Shown here in pieces: positions 19,093 to 35,850 of a DNA stretch of 64,000 bases (positions are counted from its first letter, which is position 1; each line of letters starts with the position of its first letter). The DNA lies in the NCBI RefSeq assembly GCF_009914755.1, contig NC_060928.1. The stretch is one strand, 5' to 3'. The notes beneath the pieces are model-generated. The model was not told the DNA's origin and searched no databases. It saw only the letters and a list, made by a program, of their open reading frames with translations. The DNA is from the human T2T-CHM13v2.0 reference genome, Homo sapiens. The translations under genes and the position numbers were made by a program.

Positions 19093-19415
19093 AAAGCTGT
19101 GAATCCTAGGGAGGAGGGGAGGTTAGGGACAGATTGGTTAATTAATACATTATAGTTATATAGGGGAAATGAATTCAAGTGTTTCATAGTACTGTGGGGG
19201 TAGATATAGTTAACAACAATTTATTGTGTTTCTTCAGAAAGCTAGAAGAAAGAATTTTGAATGTTCTCAACACAAAGAAATAATAAATGTTTTAGGTGAT
19301 GGATATGATAATTATCCTAATTTGATCATTACACCTTGTATAGTTGTATCAAAATATCAGTCTGCACCCCATAAATATGCCCAATTATTATGTGTCAACT
19401 AGAAATAAATGGAAT
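19093..19415 (+). mobile_element. 3' end of the host L1MA (continuation of 10930-12914)
   Basis: GCTAGAAGAAAGAATTTTGAATGTTCTCAACACAAAGAAATAATAAATG is typical L1MA 3'UTR. Confidence 0.8.
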
Positions 19416-19965
19416 AAAGTGCATGACTTTGTATGTCAACTATACCTAAAGTGTTTAACACACAAGAAATATGGGGAGTATAATGTATCATTTCTTCCTT
19501 GATATAAAAGGTGCCAAGTGCACTTAGATGTTTGAATTGTTCCAATATAATTCAAATTTTAGTATAATTATAAAATTATTATTATTACCTAAATTTTAAG
19601 TTTTAGTTATTTTCCCCCTTATTATTAATCTTCCTCTGTTCACTTCATTATTCTTAGTTAATGTACACTATTTAGTTAATGTCAGCTATAAAATTACGGG
19701 TGTTTTAGATCCTGAGAAGTACATTTTATTAAAAATGAAAATTGCCTATTGACACAATGCAATAATGATCTCTCTGTTCCTAATAATTTAAGCATAGTGC
19801 TACAGCACATGTTTGCTATTTGATCATAGCTTTGAGAGAAATAGAATTGAGCACCATCAAAATTAACTGAGCATATATAACATTTTTTTCAATGCATGCT
19901 CCTCTATTTCTTTCTATTTATCTTCCGTTTTCCTACCTTTCTTTGCCATACTTTCATTCTGTTAA

Positions 19966-21793
<1,828 letters not shown>

Positions 21794-22435
21794 AAAAAAG
21801 TTAATAATCTTTAACACAGGCAAATGCTGTAGCTGTATAGAAACACTTTGTACTGAGTTATACTCAATTTCAGCAGACTGTTTTTCAGCTTCAGAAATAA
21901 ATCAGCATTTATATTTAATGAAATCACTATCAGAATTTGAAAATATCTTTTATATTCTGTGGAGAAGCATTAGAAAAAGCAGTTTAGCAGTGACATTGTC
22001 TTGGCACTTCCATTTCCCCTCCACAGAAACAGCTTGAGGGTTTTCTGGTAAAGCAAACTGCTTTTTACCTCTGACTTAAGTTTCCAACTGCCCTGAAGCT
22101 AAGGTTAAACTAGGAAGGAGAGTTTCGATTCATATTTCACACGGGAGTTATCTTTGGACTGCCCTGGGCTATGTGTTTGTACCATATAATGACAGTTCCC
22201 ACAAGCTTTTAAATGAACCTAGATACCTAGTTAAGTAGCTGACATACTCAAAGCTTCTGTGTCCCCGTTTTAACCCAGAGTGTACAAAAGACAATTCATG
22301 TTGGCAACTTGTCAGAGACATTCTTGAATGTCAGTTTCTTGTATCAATGCTGTATGGTATCTACAAGATAAAATGGGACACACTGATACCACTGAAACAA
22401 CTGATAATTTCTCCATGTTGTGAGCAAAGAGTATT

Positions 22436-22852
22436 TGCAATGGTTAGTTTCATGGGTCAACTTGGCTAGGCTATGGCATTCAATCAAACAGTAATTTACA
22501 TGTAATGGTGGAGGTATTTTGTAGATGTGGTTAATATCTATAATCAATTAAGTTAAAGAGGTGACCTTGATAATTTGGGTGGGCCTTATGCAATTAGTTG
22601 AAGGCCTTAAGGGCAAAACTAAAGTTTCCCCAAGGAGCAAAGAATCCTGACTCAAGATTAGAGCATCAGCTCCTGCCAGAAAGTTTCTAGCTTGTTCACC
22701 TTCTCCTGCCAATTTTGGACTTGCCACACCCACAATTACATAAGCCAATTTCTTGAAATAAATCTCTTTATTTTATAGATATAGATATAAATGTAGATAA
22801 GATGATATAGATGTTACTGGTTTTGTCTATTTGGAGAACACTAACTAATATA
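22436..22852 (+). mobile_element. MLT2 (MLT2C/D-like) solo LTR
   Basis: TGCAATGGTTAGTTTCATGGGTCAACTTGGCTAGGC...GGAGAACACTAACTAATATA; 5-bp TSD GTATT/CTATT. Confidence 0.85.
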
Positions 22853-23564
22853 CTATTATTGACGCAACACTCAGCAAAAGCAGTTCTCTGCTGAAAAAGC
22901 TAGTTTTTTTTTTTTTAACTTTTCTGTATACAAGGCATCATCTAGCTTGTTTTCTTATGTAGAATGTAATCTTATTAAAAAACACCAAACTCACAAAACA
23001 GGGCTGACATTTGGCTTCAAGTTTGTTTTTTTTCTCATAATACTGGGATTACATGATATGCTTTTGACCAAAGAATATTATGATTCAGAGGATAATAACG
23101 GGACTCTTGGATATTTTAATCCACTTTCATTGATTTTTAGTGTACTGTACTTCTCTTTTACTCCACAACTCCTTAATTTTTGTATGCATAAAATTTTGCC
23201 TTAGTCTCTCTGATGATATTGCTGTATTTATATTTGATCTATAGTTCTTAAAGTTATTCTTTTACTTTCAACAGAAAGAAGGAATTAGTTTCATCTCATC
23301 TGTCAAATTTAATAGTTTTATAATGCTATCTGGAAGGCCATGCTAAGAAGGACTCTGTTAGTCTGTGTTTCTGATCAGTAGGAACAATTGTTGTTTTTGG
23401 TAATTGACAAGGGTGTGTGAGAGAAGGGACAGGAGGAAATGCAATACCTTTGGAAAATCGTAATCTATACAAAGATGCTGGAAAAATCTTTTATCACCAG
23501 TCCTGACTTGTCTATTGAGCACCAAACCTAGATCCAATTACTTCTAGATTTTTCCTGCAAATGG

Positions 23565-23826
23565 CACTATCACTCTTCTATGAGTTCAAATTTTCCAGAT
23601 TCCACATGTGAGTGGAATCATATGGTATTTATCTTTCTGTGCCTGGCTTATTCTACTTAACATAATGTCCTCTATTTTATCAATGTCCTTTTTAAAAGGC
23701 TGAATAGTATTCTACCGTGTATATTTACCACATTTTAAATCTATTCATTTGTTATATATGTATTAAAACATCACAATGTATCCCATCAATATATACAATT
23801 GTTAGTCAATTAAAAATAAAATAAAA
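23565..23826. mobile_element. Short L1MA 3' fragment with inverted 5' part, within L2-like sequence
   Basis: About 23565-23752 is antisense L1M 3'UTR (TTTCTGTGCCTGGCTTATT). About 23753-23826 is a sense L1MA terminus with an A tail. Confidence 0.6.
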
Positions 23827-24529
23827 CTTTTAAATTTAAATTTTCAATAAATGTGTAAATTGTATCACTTTCATCTAGTCATGTAAGCCAGAAAAGATAA
23901 TCATTTAAGCTCTTCTTTTTTCTACAGCCTTTATTCTTGATAAAACTGAGCCTTGATAATTCTGCTTTCTAAACATTTATTTTATCTATCCACCCCACAT
24001 ATGAAACCTTGGATATATTCCTATCATAAAACTTAAAGAATACTTTTTTTTATTTTACTCTCCCACTAAACACTCTCTTAAGAACAGGCATTCAGATTAG
24101 TGTTCGCATACCATAGTGGCTAAAATAATGTATGACACCGAGCAAGCTATCAATAAATATTTGCTAAATATATGGACATCATTTATAACAGCTTTTCCAT
24201 CCCAACCAAGGTTAGATGTAACTGAATGCTCACTCTCTCCATGTCCTCACTTTCTTCAAAATACTTCCTAAAAAGTACTAGATAACTTGTTTCCATTTAT
24301 TTATAATCAGTATTATCTCATACTAGTATATGTTAAATTATGCAAACAAACTACATCTCACATCATTCCTGTGCCACTTGCACTCAGTGTAGTTCTTGAT
24401 TTTTTTATTGTCTCAGCAAAGGTTTTGTTATAGGAAAGTGAATAAGAATTCTTGAGGAAAAGAGGAATCTGGAAAGGTGCTTGTGGTCTGGGGTTCAGAT
24501 CCTCTTCCAGGTATAGAGAATGGGCATTG

Positions 24530-25159
<630 letters not shown>

Positions 25160-27370
25160 AGCAGTGTGTTTTTCATATTCAGTTTCACACATAGGTGTCC
25201 TGGGTCAGATATAGATTTGTTATCATTATTGAAATGATAACAACTTTGCCCAGTTTTTATCAGAGATGATGCAATGAAAGCTAGATGAAAAACTCGAGTA
25301 TATGTGTGACAAGGTACTCCAAAGGTGAGGAATGAAGAAAATGGAATTTCTCTGCTTATATTCAGGAGTAGGAGGAAGTTGCCTCTCCTTTCCCTCTCAA
25401 AAAGAGGCACAAAAATCTATCCTTCTTCAAGATGTGTTGAAAAGGATCCTAGATTCTCTAACCGTTTGGGATGTGAATGCTTTTTTCTAAGGGCCAGATG
25501 CACCCCTGTTTTTGAATTTTAATACCTAGACATATCCCCAAGATACCAGGCATCATTTTCCCTTGAAATGGAAACACATATTCGGGAGCTAGGTAAATCT
25601 CTCTGGAGTTCTTTTAGTAACCAAGCAAGTGAATGTTAATCTCTTAAGGCTTGCTTTTAGCCCAGGGACCAATGTTTTTAGTGAAATTTATTCAGAAAGC
25701 TGCAACTCTTCAAGAACACAAAATGTTTTCTATACACTGCCATCTGGCTATAATCTCTCAAGATGCAGTTACCCAGGTAAAGTGTGTTTTGCGAAAGCAT
25801 AGTTGAATATGGGGGTTTGAATTAAAAACCAAAGCGTTGGAGCTTGAAGGCCTTTGGAGATAATTGGACCAAAATCAGAATCTCTGCAGAGTAGAGAGGT
25901 ATCTGTGCAACTTTACAAATGTAGTTTAAATAATTAATGTCAATGAGAAGCTACTACATGATTGGAATGAAGTAAAAATAATTCTAATAACAGAATATTA
26001 TAAAGCTTATACCTCAACACACTCTTTAAAATTATTTCTAACAGATGAAAAATCTTAAATAAAAACATTAGTAAATCAAATCTGGTGCTACATTAAAAGG
26101 ATGATGAATGCTTACTTAGAATGTTTTATTCCAGTAATGAAAAAAAAGACAGTTTAAAATGATTAAATCTATATAATAGAACACAACAATAATTCAGAGT
26201 TGAGAATAACTTCCATTACCACTAGGAACCAATATATTAGTTTAATGAACCAATTATAAAGTCTCAGTAATGGAAAACTAAAAATGACTTTTGTACCAAA
26301 ATAGAAAGGCAGACCTGTGGGATCAATTAGAAACCTCAGAAATGAATGTGCATGTGTGTGTGGGAGTGGGTGCATGTGTATATTCGTATGCATTCAGTAT
26401 AGATATACAGTTAGTTTCTACTTGGTGAAGAAAAGATAGATCAGTTAATACATAAATTAGGGCAATTAATTACCTCTGAGGAAAACAAAGTGAAAGTATT
26501 ACAGTAGATTATATGTAACAAGGTTGCGGATGGATTAAAGAATTAAATATCAAATAATTTAAATTCTTAAAAAACAAGAATAAACCATGGGTTAACATTT
26601 ATCTTGGTTGATGACTTTTCCAAATAAGACATCAAAGATCAAAGATGAAAAACAAAACAAAACATTATTGGCATAGGCCAAGAACAGATTGAGAAGAATA
26701 TTTGTGATATATGTGACAAGAGAATATCAAATGCCCATAATATTTAAACTGCACAGACATGTCAAAGAGAAAAACTGAAACACAGTATAAGAAAACAGAA
26801 ATAGCATGAACAAACTTTTCAGAAGTACAGATATCCACTTTCTATAAAGAGCGTATGTAAATAAGAGTTAAATATGCTTCTCCTCTAATGTAATAATGAT
26901 ATTATTATTACTACATTTACATTAGACGAATAGCATCATCATCACCATCATCATCACTGTTAAAATTATCCACTTTTGCAATTGTTTGGAAAGCAGAGAC
27001 TTTCCTTACTGTTGATGAGAAGGCAAATAGAAATAAATATTCTACAGGGTAATTTCCAAATATATATCAAAAGCTTGGAAAGTGGACATTCTTTAATTCC
27101 AGAGAAGTATCCTTTGTACATTACCAAAGATTTCAACAAAGATGTAGGCTAAATATCTGGCAATAACTTATAGTAAAATTGTATATTTATATATATCTAT
27201 ATATATACAGTGCAATACCATGAAGCCATTAATAATCCCATGTTTGATAACAGTTATCTTCATGAAAAAAGAGTAAAAATAAAAACTGGTTAAATGGAAA
27301 ATAAGAATGTATTTTTTAAAAAAGAACAAAATGTAGTTATTTGCGGATGGGAGATTAATGGTTATTTCAG

Positions 27371-27537
27371 TTTTCTTCTCTTTCTTCCTCTTTCCCCTTC
27401 TTCTCTTTCTTCTCCCTTTCTTCAATATCCGGGCCTCAAACTGTTCTCCCCTCCATCCCTCCCTTCTCTCTTTCCTTCCTTCCTTCCTTCCTTCCCCCTC
27501 CCTTCCTCCCTCTTTCATTGTCTTTCTCTTCTTTTTT
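27371..27537. repeat. CT-rich low-complexity / (CCTT)n tract
   Basis: Mostly pyrimidine tract, including TTCCTTCCTTCCTTCCTTCC. Confidence 0.85.
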
Positions 27538-30035
27538 GTTCTATTTTATACATCACATATTTTTTCAGTAAATGTGATTTTTTCAGTTAAACAGTTTTTA
27601 ATATCAAATCATCTTTAAAATATGATTGAGAAAGATAATATGGGGCATTTGAAAGAGAATAATACATTTTTATACAAGCTCCTTCCTGTAGCAATAATCA
27701 TGTACTTAAAAGCCTTTGAACCTGAACTAAAATCACTTTAAAAAGCCTATAGTTACTACATTTTTATTCAGTGTTTTGATTTTGTTTCTATTTATTCACA
27801 GTGGAAAAAATGTTATTTGTGAACTGAGCTGAAGGTATATGACATACTGTAGTAGATAAGGTAAGAAGAATCCTTCTCATAGGTTTTGATATTTAAAGGA
27901 GAAAATTAGATTTTAAAAAATAGAGAGATGCCACAACCTATATATATACACATACATGCATATATAGAGAGAGATGCATATTTGTTTGTGTATATATTTG
28001 CTTAGACACCCACACACACATACATGGCATTCACGACTTCATTGAGTTAGTATCTCACAGAAGCACTTGAGGAGATGCACTAGGAACTAGACATAGGTAA
28101 GCAGCACTGTATTTGTATTAATCTAATGTAAAAATTTAATTGCTGTTTAATGTTTGTAGCCCAAAAGCCTTAGGCTTCCAATTTCTTAATCCGTCTCCAG
28201 AACTTAACTTGGTAAATAATCATACCAGGAAAATTTAGAAAAATAAATTGCGGTGTTTGCTGACAAGGACAGAGTTTACAGAAATATATATATTTTTAAA
28301 TCTAATGTTTAACACTAAAAAATAGATGTGAGAGAATATTCCTCTCTGCTTTCACAATTTCATTCCTTGTTTGTTTTCATTATTCATACTCCCTTACTTG
28401 CTACTCAGTTTCTCTTTGTAAATCAGCACTGCAAGAGTATTTCTGAATTATTTCACTTTTTTAAAAAAAATTGGATCATATTAATTTATGAGATTCTATT
28501 AAAATATTTTTACATAATAAATCCAACTGTAAAATAACTTCACCTTCATCATTATTAGTGAACTTTCATCATTTGCTAGTAATATTTATCTTATTATATA
28601 ATAATATTATACATTAAATCTTGTAGTATAATAGTATACTATCATATACACATGAAATATTTATATCTCACATATTCTTTACTCTCTTGAGTGAAATTTC
28701 TGAGTAGAACATTAAGATATGGTCAGCAATTCTATAATCCCTGATATTATACCATAAAGCACATATACACCGACATGCCCAAACACCTATCTGGACAGCA
28801 GAGCTGACATACTGACCATGCAGGTAAGAAATTGAAGCCGTTTTCCTCATTTTAGGATGACCTTCACATCTTTGATGTGCACAAAGTCCTTAAAAAAATA
28901 AGTCGCTGAATTGACAGCTTGTTCTTCAAATATAGGCTTAAAAGAAATTTATTCTATTGTTATATATAAGTGGAACATTATAGGAAGTCACCAGTATCGC
29001 CTATCATAGCCTCGAGGGCACACAATAAAAGAATTTATTCATCTTTTTGTACAGTCACCCTTGAGATGATGTCAAGGTACAATTCAGTTAAAAAATGCAG
29101 TTCAAATTCACATTTGTTTGAAATAATTTCAACTGTTGAGACACTGCTTCTCAGACTTTTCCACTGATATATTGTTATTAATGAAACAGAGAAGTCCTGA
29201 GAATGTGTGCTATTGCCTAAAGAAAGATTTTCATATACAAAATGCATTTGCAGGAATTTTTGCATTCAATGCCATAGAAATCTGGCATATGCTTTGGGCA
29301 AACCACTATCATTGCTATTTATCACAGTTTTGGAGACAATTTTGAAGATATATTTTCTGACAATAACCAGGCAACCACATGCCACACTTGACTTTCTCTG
29401 CTCCCCAAATCATACACACACAGTAAAAAAACAGGAACACCTGTATTCACTGTTGTATAAAAAAGGAAATATTCTGATTTTACATTTGAGGAATATAATA
29501 GTAAAGACATTATATCTCTTTAAAATACTAACGTGTCTAACAAGTGATGATTCTAGGGGGAAAATTGTCCTCTGCAACTCCAGCCACTCATTTTCCCACA
29601 ACACAAACACAAACAAAATTCCACGAGAGTGATCTAAGGCGAATGAATAAATGAGACCATTTGAGCTGGAACTCAAAATACCAATAAAATCACAACTATA
29701 TTTCACAGAAAAGAGGAGGCAAAACATGTCAGGCAGAAGCAAAATCCATCAATGCCATTGAATGAAATATTGAAAATATTGTACAAATGCTCTTGCACCC
29801 AATTTTCTCTTGAGCAAATGGAGGAAACTAGAACTCTACTTCTTGTTTCAACCTACGTAAGCAGCACCAAGAGTACACAGTGGTATTCTAGAAGTTATCC
29901 AAATTACAGCATATTCCAAAATATTAACTTTATTCAAAGATCTGGAGATGTGCATGATTACAGGCATGAGCCACCATACCCAGCCTCTATGTATTCATGT
30001 ATCCAAAGTGTATTTATTTATCATTTAATATATGC

Positions 30036-30403
30036 TGATATGGTTTGCCTCTGTGTACTCACCCAAATCTCATCTCAAATTGCAATCCTCACATGTCGAG
30101 GGAGGGACCTGGTAGGAGGTGATTGGATTCTGGGGGCAATTTCCCCCATGCTGTTCTCATGATAGTTAGTGAATTCTCACAAGATCTGTTGGCTTAAAAG
30201 TGTTTGGCAGTTCCTCACCTGCTGTCTCTCTCTTGCCACCTTGTGAAGGAGGTGCTTGCTTCCCCTTCACCTTCCGTCATGATTGTAAGTTTCCTGAGGC
30301 CACCACAGCTATGTGGAACTTCAAGTCAATTAAACCACTTTTGTTTATAAATAACCCTGTCTCAGGTAATATCTTTATAGCAATGTGAAAACAAACTAAT
30401 ACA
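30036..30403 (+). mobile_element. THE1 (THE1D-like) MaLR solo LTR
   Basis: TGATATGGTTTG...AAACTAATACA; perfect 5-bp TSD TATGC at 30031-30035 and 30404-30408. Confidence 0.92.
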
Positions 30404-33114
30404 TATGCCAAAATGGCACTACATCATTGGGGGGTACAAGAGTGAACAAAACTAAGTCATTCTCTTCATTGAGCTTTTGCTCATGTGTATGTTTGTGTCT
30501 ACATGTGTATATTTGTTCATGTACACAAACATGTTCCCTATTGGAATTGGGAGGACAACATAAAAATAAGTAATTTGAATTAGAAAGGGAAGAATGCCAT
30601 ATTTTTTACTTACTAGGTCTCAGTATGAAAAGTATGAAAAAAAATTGAACAAGTGTATGACATGATAATTTATATACCATAGAAAGATATTTCTACAACA
30701 ATCTATAATATAGTCAAAAATAAAGAGAATAAAAAACAAAAGGTAAGTTAGAGCTTGGTCAACTGATTGTGAACTATTATAGAAGTATAAAGAAGTAAAA
30801 AGGAGAAGATTTGAGATTGAAGGGGCAAGCTTATCATGTCAAGCAGCAGAGGTGCCAAAAGCCAGAGGGTCATTTGATGTTATTTTGCCAGAATCTAGAC
30901 ATCAAGAGCAGTATAGATAAGGAAATTAACTCCATTTGCTATTAGCTACTTTACTTTTGGCTAATTTCTGGGTGGGCTGATGTGTTCCTGCATTCCCTGA
31001 GAGATTTACACTCGTGGAAACTAAGGTATAAAAAAATCCTCAAGAAAGTCAACTAGGTCATATATTCCTGAAAGACTGAGTCAGATATATATTAAGGCTG
31101 CTTAAAAGTTATACTAATACCAATGACCTCTAAAGGAGAACTTTTAATAGAATAATAAAATATGCTCTGTAAAACAAAGACTGTTTTTTTTTCTACTTCC
31201 CAACCTTGTGAATATTCCCTCAGTCTTCTAACCATCATTGATTTTGGGACATAGTAGGAATGATTGTTTAATGAATGGATTAATGATCCAATAGGAAAGG
31301 GTTAAGAATTAAATTAGATGTGAAAAAGAAAGAGAAATGACATAGGATAGAATTTCTAGCATAAGGCAGTAAATAAAGGCATTATTAACTAAAAAGTATA
31401 GATAAGTCGAGAATTATAATTAAGTCTTAGTTATAAGTAAGTAGATAAATCTAGACTTAGTTATAAGTAACTAAGTAAGTAATCTAGTTGCAAGTAAGTC
31501 TATAGTTATCTACAGTTATCTTACGGGTTATCTTGAGTAGAGGAAGGGTTTTGGGGACTAGGAAAACTTTACTGTAAACACAGCCAGAGAAGAAAGACCA
31601 ATTGGAAAGGAATTTGGGAGAGATCAAATACAAAAGAAAGAATCAAAGAGAGGCAAAGGATGCAAGTGGAGATCATCTTAAGAAATTGAAAACTCACTTT
31701 TATTTCCAGTGTTACACTGAGGATACAGGAGTGAATAAGAAACTCAAGCTTTCCAAAGGCTTTTGATATTTTTAACATTACTAAGTTTTTAGTCAAGCAG
31801 CAGACATAGTTTCAAGGTAATCAGGCCAATCAAACCTCAGAGCCATGTATCCAGGGAGATCAGTAAATTTCTCTTAAGGGAAATTTTTAATGACAAGACA
31901 GATAGCCATCTGATAGAATCCATTTGTTTCTATTGCTTCTGCACTGTTGGAAAAGGTGACTTTGAGATTGCTTCCAGCTCTACATTTTATGATTCAATTA
32001 TTCATTTAAACCATCAGAACTAACCATAGAATAATAATTCAAGCAAATCATAAAATTTTGGTCCCCAGATTGTAATCAATTTATGTGGGGTCTAATGTTT
32101 CAAACAAATAGCTTTTGTTACAATTATGAACATACACATTATGGAACTAGATACTGCTTATACTTTATTTGAACCCAAATATTAACATTGTAAAATTCTT
32201 ATGTTGTGAGACGTGTGATTTATCATTTGCTTGTCCTCTCAGAGCTCTCAAATTAGTATACATCATTTATATTTCTAGTGTATGCTAAAATGTTAGAAAG
32301 GAAATTATTATATAGCACATTATTTGACATAGATATTTCAATTTCATGCAATACTTGTTGCATCTAGTGCTTGTTATTTAACAACTTTTTAATTTAAGTG
32401 TGTAGGTAATGATTTTTGAAAGTATATAGAGGCTGCACTCATTTCTCATTTCTTAGCTATTGGATCTAGGTCATAGATTAATTTTGCTAGTGATTTTAAA
32501 GACTGGAACAGTAATTATTTGTATCATCTTATGGTACCTTTTAAAATCACTAATGGAAAAAGCCAATATTAAAACAGTTATTCTCTAATTACCTTAGGTC
32601 AATTGATACAGCTAAGTACAAATGCAAGGTAGTACACAATTTATCTTATTTTTAACAAAAGTCTACAATAACATTCTCTTTAATAATTTCGATATAGATT
32701 TGAAAGAAAAAGAACCTGATAATTGTCAACATATTTTACACACATATTCAAAAATTCATGTATTTAATGGTTAGCAAAGTATCCTGAAGTGCCAAATTGA
32801 CAAAAATAATGTTTTATTTTTTTCCAGTTTGTTCAAATACATTGGTGCACAAAACCTGGATTATGCAGACAGGTTATACAACATCATATTTCATGTTGGG
32901 GACAGATATAAGTGATATAATAAAATGGCACAACCTAAGTTCTTGTTTCAAATTGACGTTTCCCCTGGCTGATCATTGAATAAACTATCTAGATCTATTT
33001 GATGATTATTGATATCTATTTTTTTTGCTTCCGCTAGTCAGATTTTAACTCTGGGACATTCAGGATTCATTTCTTACTTGTGCAAATCCCTAGACCCTAC
33101 CTTGCCTCATATCT

Positions 33115-33528
<414 letters not shown>

Positions 33529-35149
33529 TGAATATCAGTCTCAAACAGCTGTGATCACCTTTGTTTCACTAACAGCTTTTTGACTCACTAACCAAACCAA
33601 CACTAGTTCCTATAGATAATGTTTGTAAAAAATATTTTCATGACAACGGTAACACATAATGTTAAAAAATCAAACACTACAAAAACATACAAATTAAAAA
33701 CTAAAAGACAGTCCACTACCCTATCGAACACCCCTGAAGTTACAACTTTTGCTAATTGGGTGTTTTAATTCTTCTGAAAGTTAAGCCCATAACCCTAACT
33801 AATATTAAAAGTAATATCTTTTTCAATTTAATCAATCTTAGTAAATATCTATGGACTCTGCTTTAAAAGATGATGATGGCTTTATTTTCCATCCATAGTT
33901 TTTAGCAGATATTCTGGTAATGGGGGCCACTGTAATACAGAAAATCCAGATAACTAATAAATCATTATTTTAAATAAAACTTGATTTTCCACATATTAAG
34001 GAGAATATCCAGTACTCAATAATGAAGAAGGTGCACTGCTTAAGATATAGAAATTAGTAGGAGAATACAGTTCCCCTTCTAACTAGAACAAATCATAAAA
34101 TCTACAAAATCATAAATATTTTAATGCCCCAGAGGGCTGAGTTCACTACGTAACCTAATTAAAAAACTACAAGAGGAGACAAACTCTTTCTAGGATGGAC
34201 AAAACCTACGCTGCAACACGTTTGCCAAATCAGTGGAAAGAAGAGGAAACCACCATAGATACAAGTCACAAGTACTAACCTGACGTTGTAATTAATTCTT
34301 AAAGCCTGAGAAGTAACTAGGCTTATAGTTTCAAACCCCTGTGAACCCCAGAAACAACAGAAGTCTCCATTTACCACTTATTTTTTTCACGGACTTTTCC
34401 TGAATGATGAGGGGAAATTTGTGACTAGGTAAGTCAGGAAAACAGAAGAAAAGCAGCCTCAGCATTACAGGCACATGAGACCGGCATAAGTCTGAGGGTG
34501 GAAAATAAAAACTGAGAAAAGCATGTTCATACCTTAGACTTTACACTATAAACCATAAAGCAGCTGTAAAGCACAATTAAGAGATAGAGGGGCATAGGGT
34601 CCGTTTAAGTCTGGAGGCAAAGTAAGAAAATAGAGAAAAACCCTCTGCGCACTCCGGGCCTTAGACTAAGTACAAGCAAAATTTATCTATTGCTGCTCAT
34701 AGACTAGGGGAGCTGACAGAGACTTAACCAATTAAGAGTACAAGTGCGTAGGGCCTGCCTACTCTGTGCACAGGGTTCTAACAATTACCGAAGGGATGAC
34801 CTGGGGGGCCTTGGTTTGAAGGCCAAGCAGACAAATTAGGAGACTGTATGACTATTGAATGCGACTATAATGAGTTAATATCAAAGTCCAAACCAGCCAA
34901 GCAACAATCTAGATTGATTGAATTCTCCTCACGTGAATTGCCTGACAGATGCAAAATCTCCTGTTTTCTGGATGTAAAAAAATGTTTAAGTCAGTGTTAT
35001 TCTTGCACACACAATGTGTGACACTCAATAAAAAATAATGGGATATACTAAAAAAAAGCAAGTACACATGACACATTGGCAATAGACAAAACGGTAACTA
35101 AAGCCAAACACAGACATTTTGTTCCAAATATTTCAATATCAGGGCCATA

Positions 35150-35850
35150 AAACCAGTGATGATAAATATGCTAAAACATTTAAGCAAAAACTAACAATAT
35201 GCCTGAAGAGTTAAAGAATTTTAGCAGAGAGATCCATACCATATTTAAAAAGTCCAAATTGAAATTATAGAAATAAAAAATATGACATTAAAGATTAATA
35301 ATTATTTTAGTAAGCTTAATAACAGAATGAATATACAGAATAATCATTTTATTTGACAGCAGGTCAATAGAAATGATTCAAACAGAAACATAGAGATTAT
35401 TTTTAAGGAAAAAAAAAGAATAGAGTATTTAAAAACAGTTTGACAACATTAAACTACCTAACATATGCATAATGGAGTCCAAAAAGAAAATAGAAAAAGA
35501 ATGACAATAAAATATTCAAAGTTGAGAAGTTTTTAAGATAAATAAAAGTCCTATATATACAGAAAAAAATCAGAGAATACCAAGGAGGATTAATAAAAGA
35601 AAAACAAAGCTTGGCAGTCATAGTCAAATGGTATTTGCTGAAAATTAACAATAAAGAGAAAATCTTAAAAACTATACCAAGAAACAGTAAGAATTACAAA
35701 TTTTTTTTTATGAAAAACAATGGATACCAGAAGACAATTACTGGCAATTTTTGAGGCTGTCAACCTAGAGTTTTACATTGACAAATATATCCTCCAAAAA
35801 TATACGTAAAATTGACTTTTTTGACAGCAAAATATTAGAGAATATATTTT
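35150..35850 (+). mobile_element. Highly decayed L1M ORF1-region remnant
   Basis: A-rich L1 ORF1-like motifs (AATAAAGAGAAAATCTTAAAA, CTGTCAACCTAGAG). Boundaries are approximate. Confidence 0.5.

Noticed and set aside
25950-27300. Possible very old L1ME remnant
   Set aside because: Only scattered L1-like words; I cannot set boundaries by eye.
28970-29742. Overlapping ORFs on both strands (up to 141 aa)
   Set aside because: No recognisable domain, mostly non-ATG starts, and lengths compatible with chance.
31421-31480. Duplicated CTTAGTTATAAGTAA and a 9-bp hairpin ACTTAGTTA/TAACTAAGT
   Set aside because: Short, AT-rich and low complexity; consistent with local slippage.
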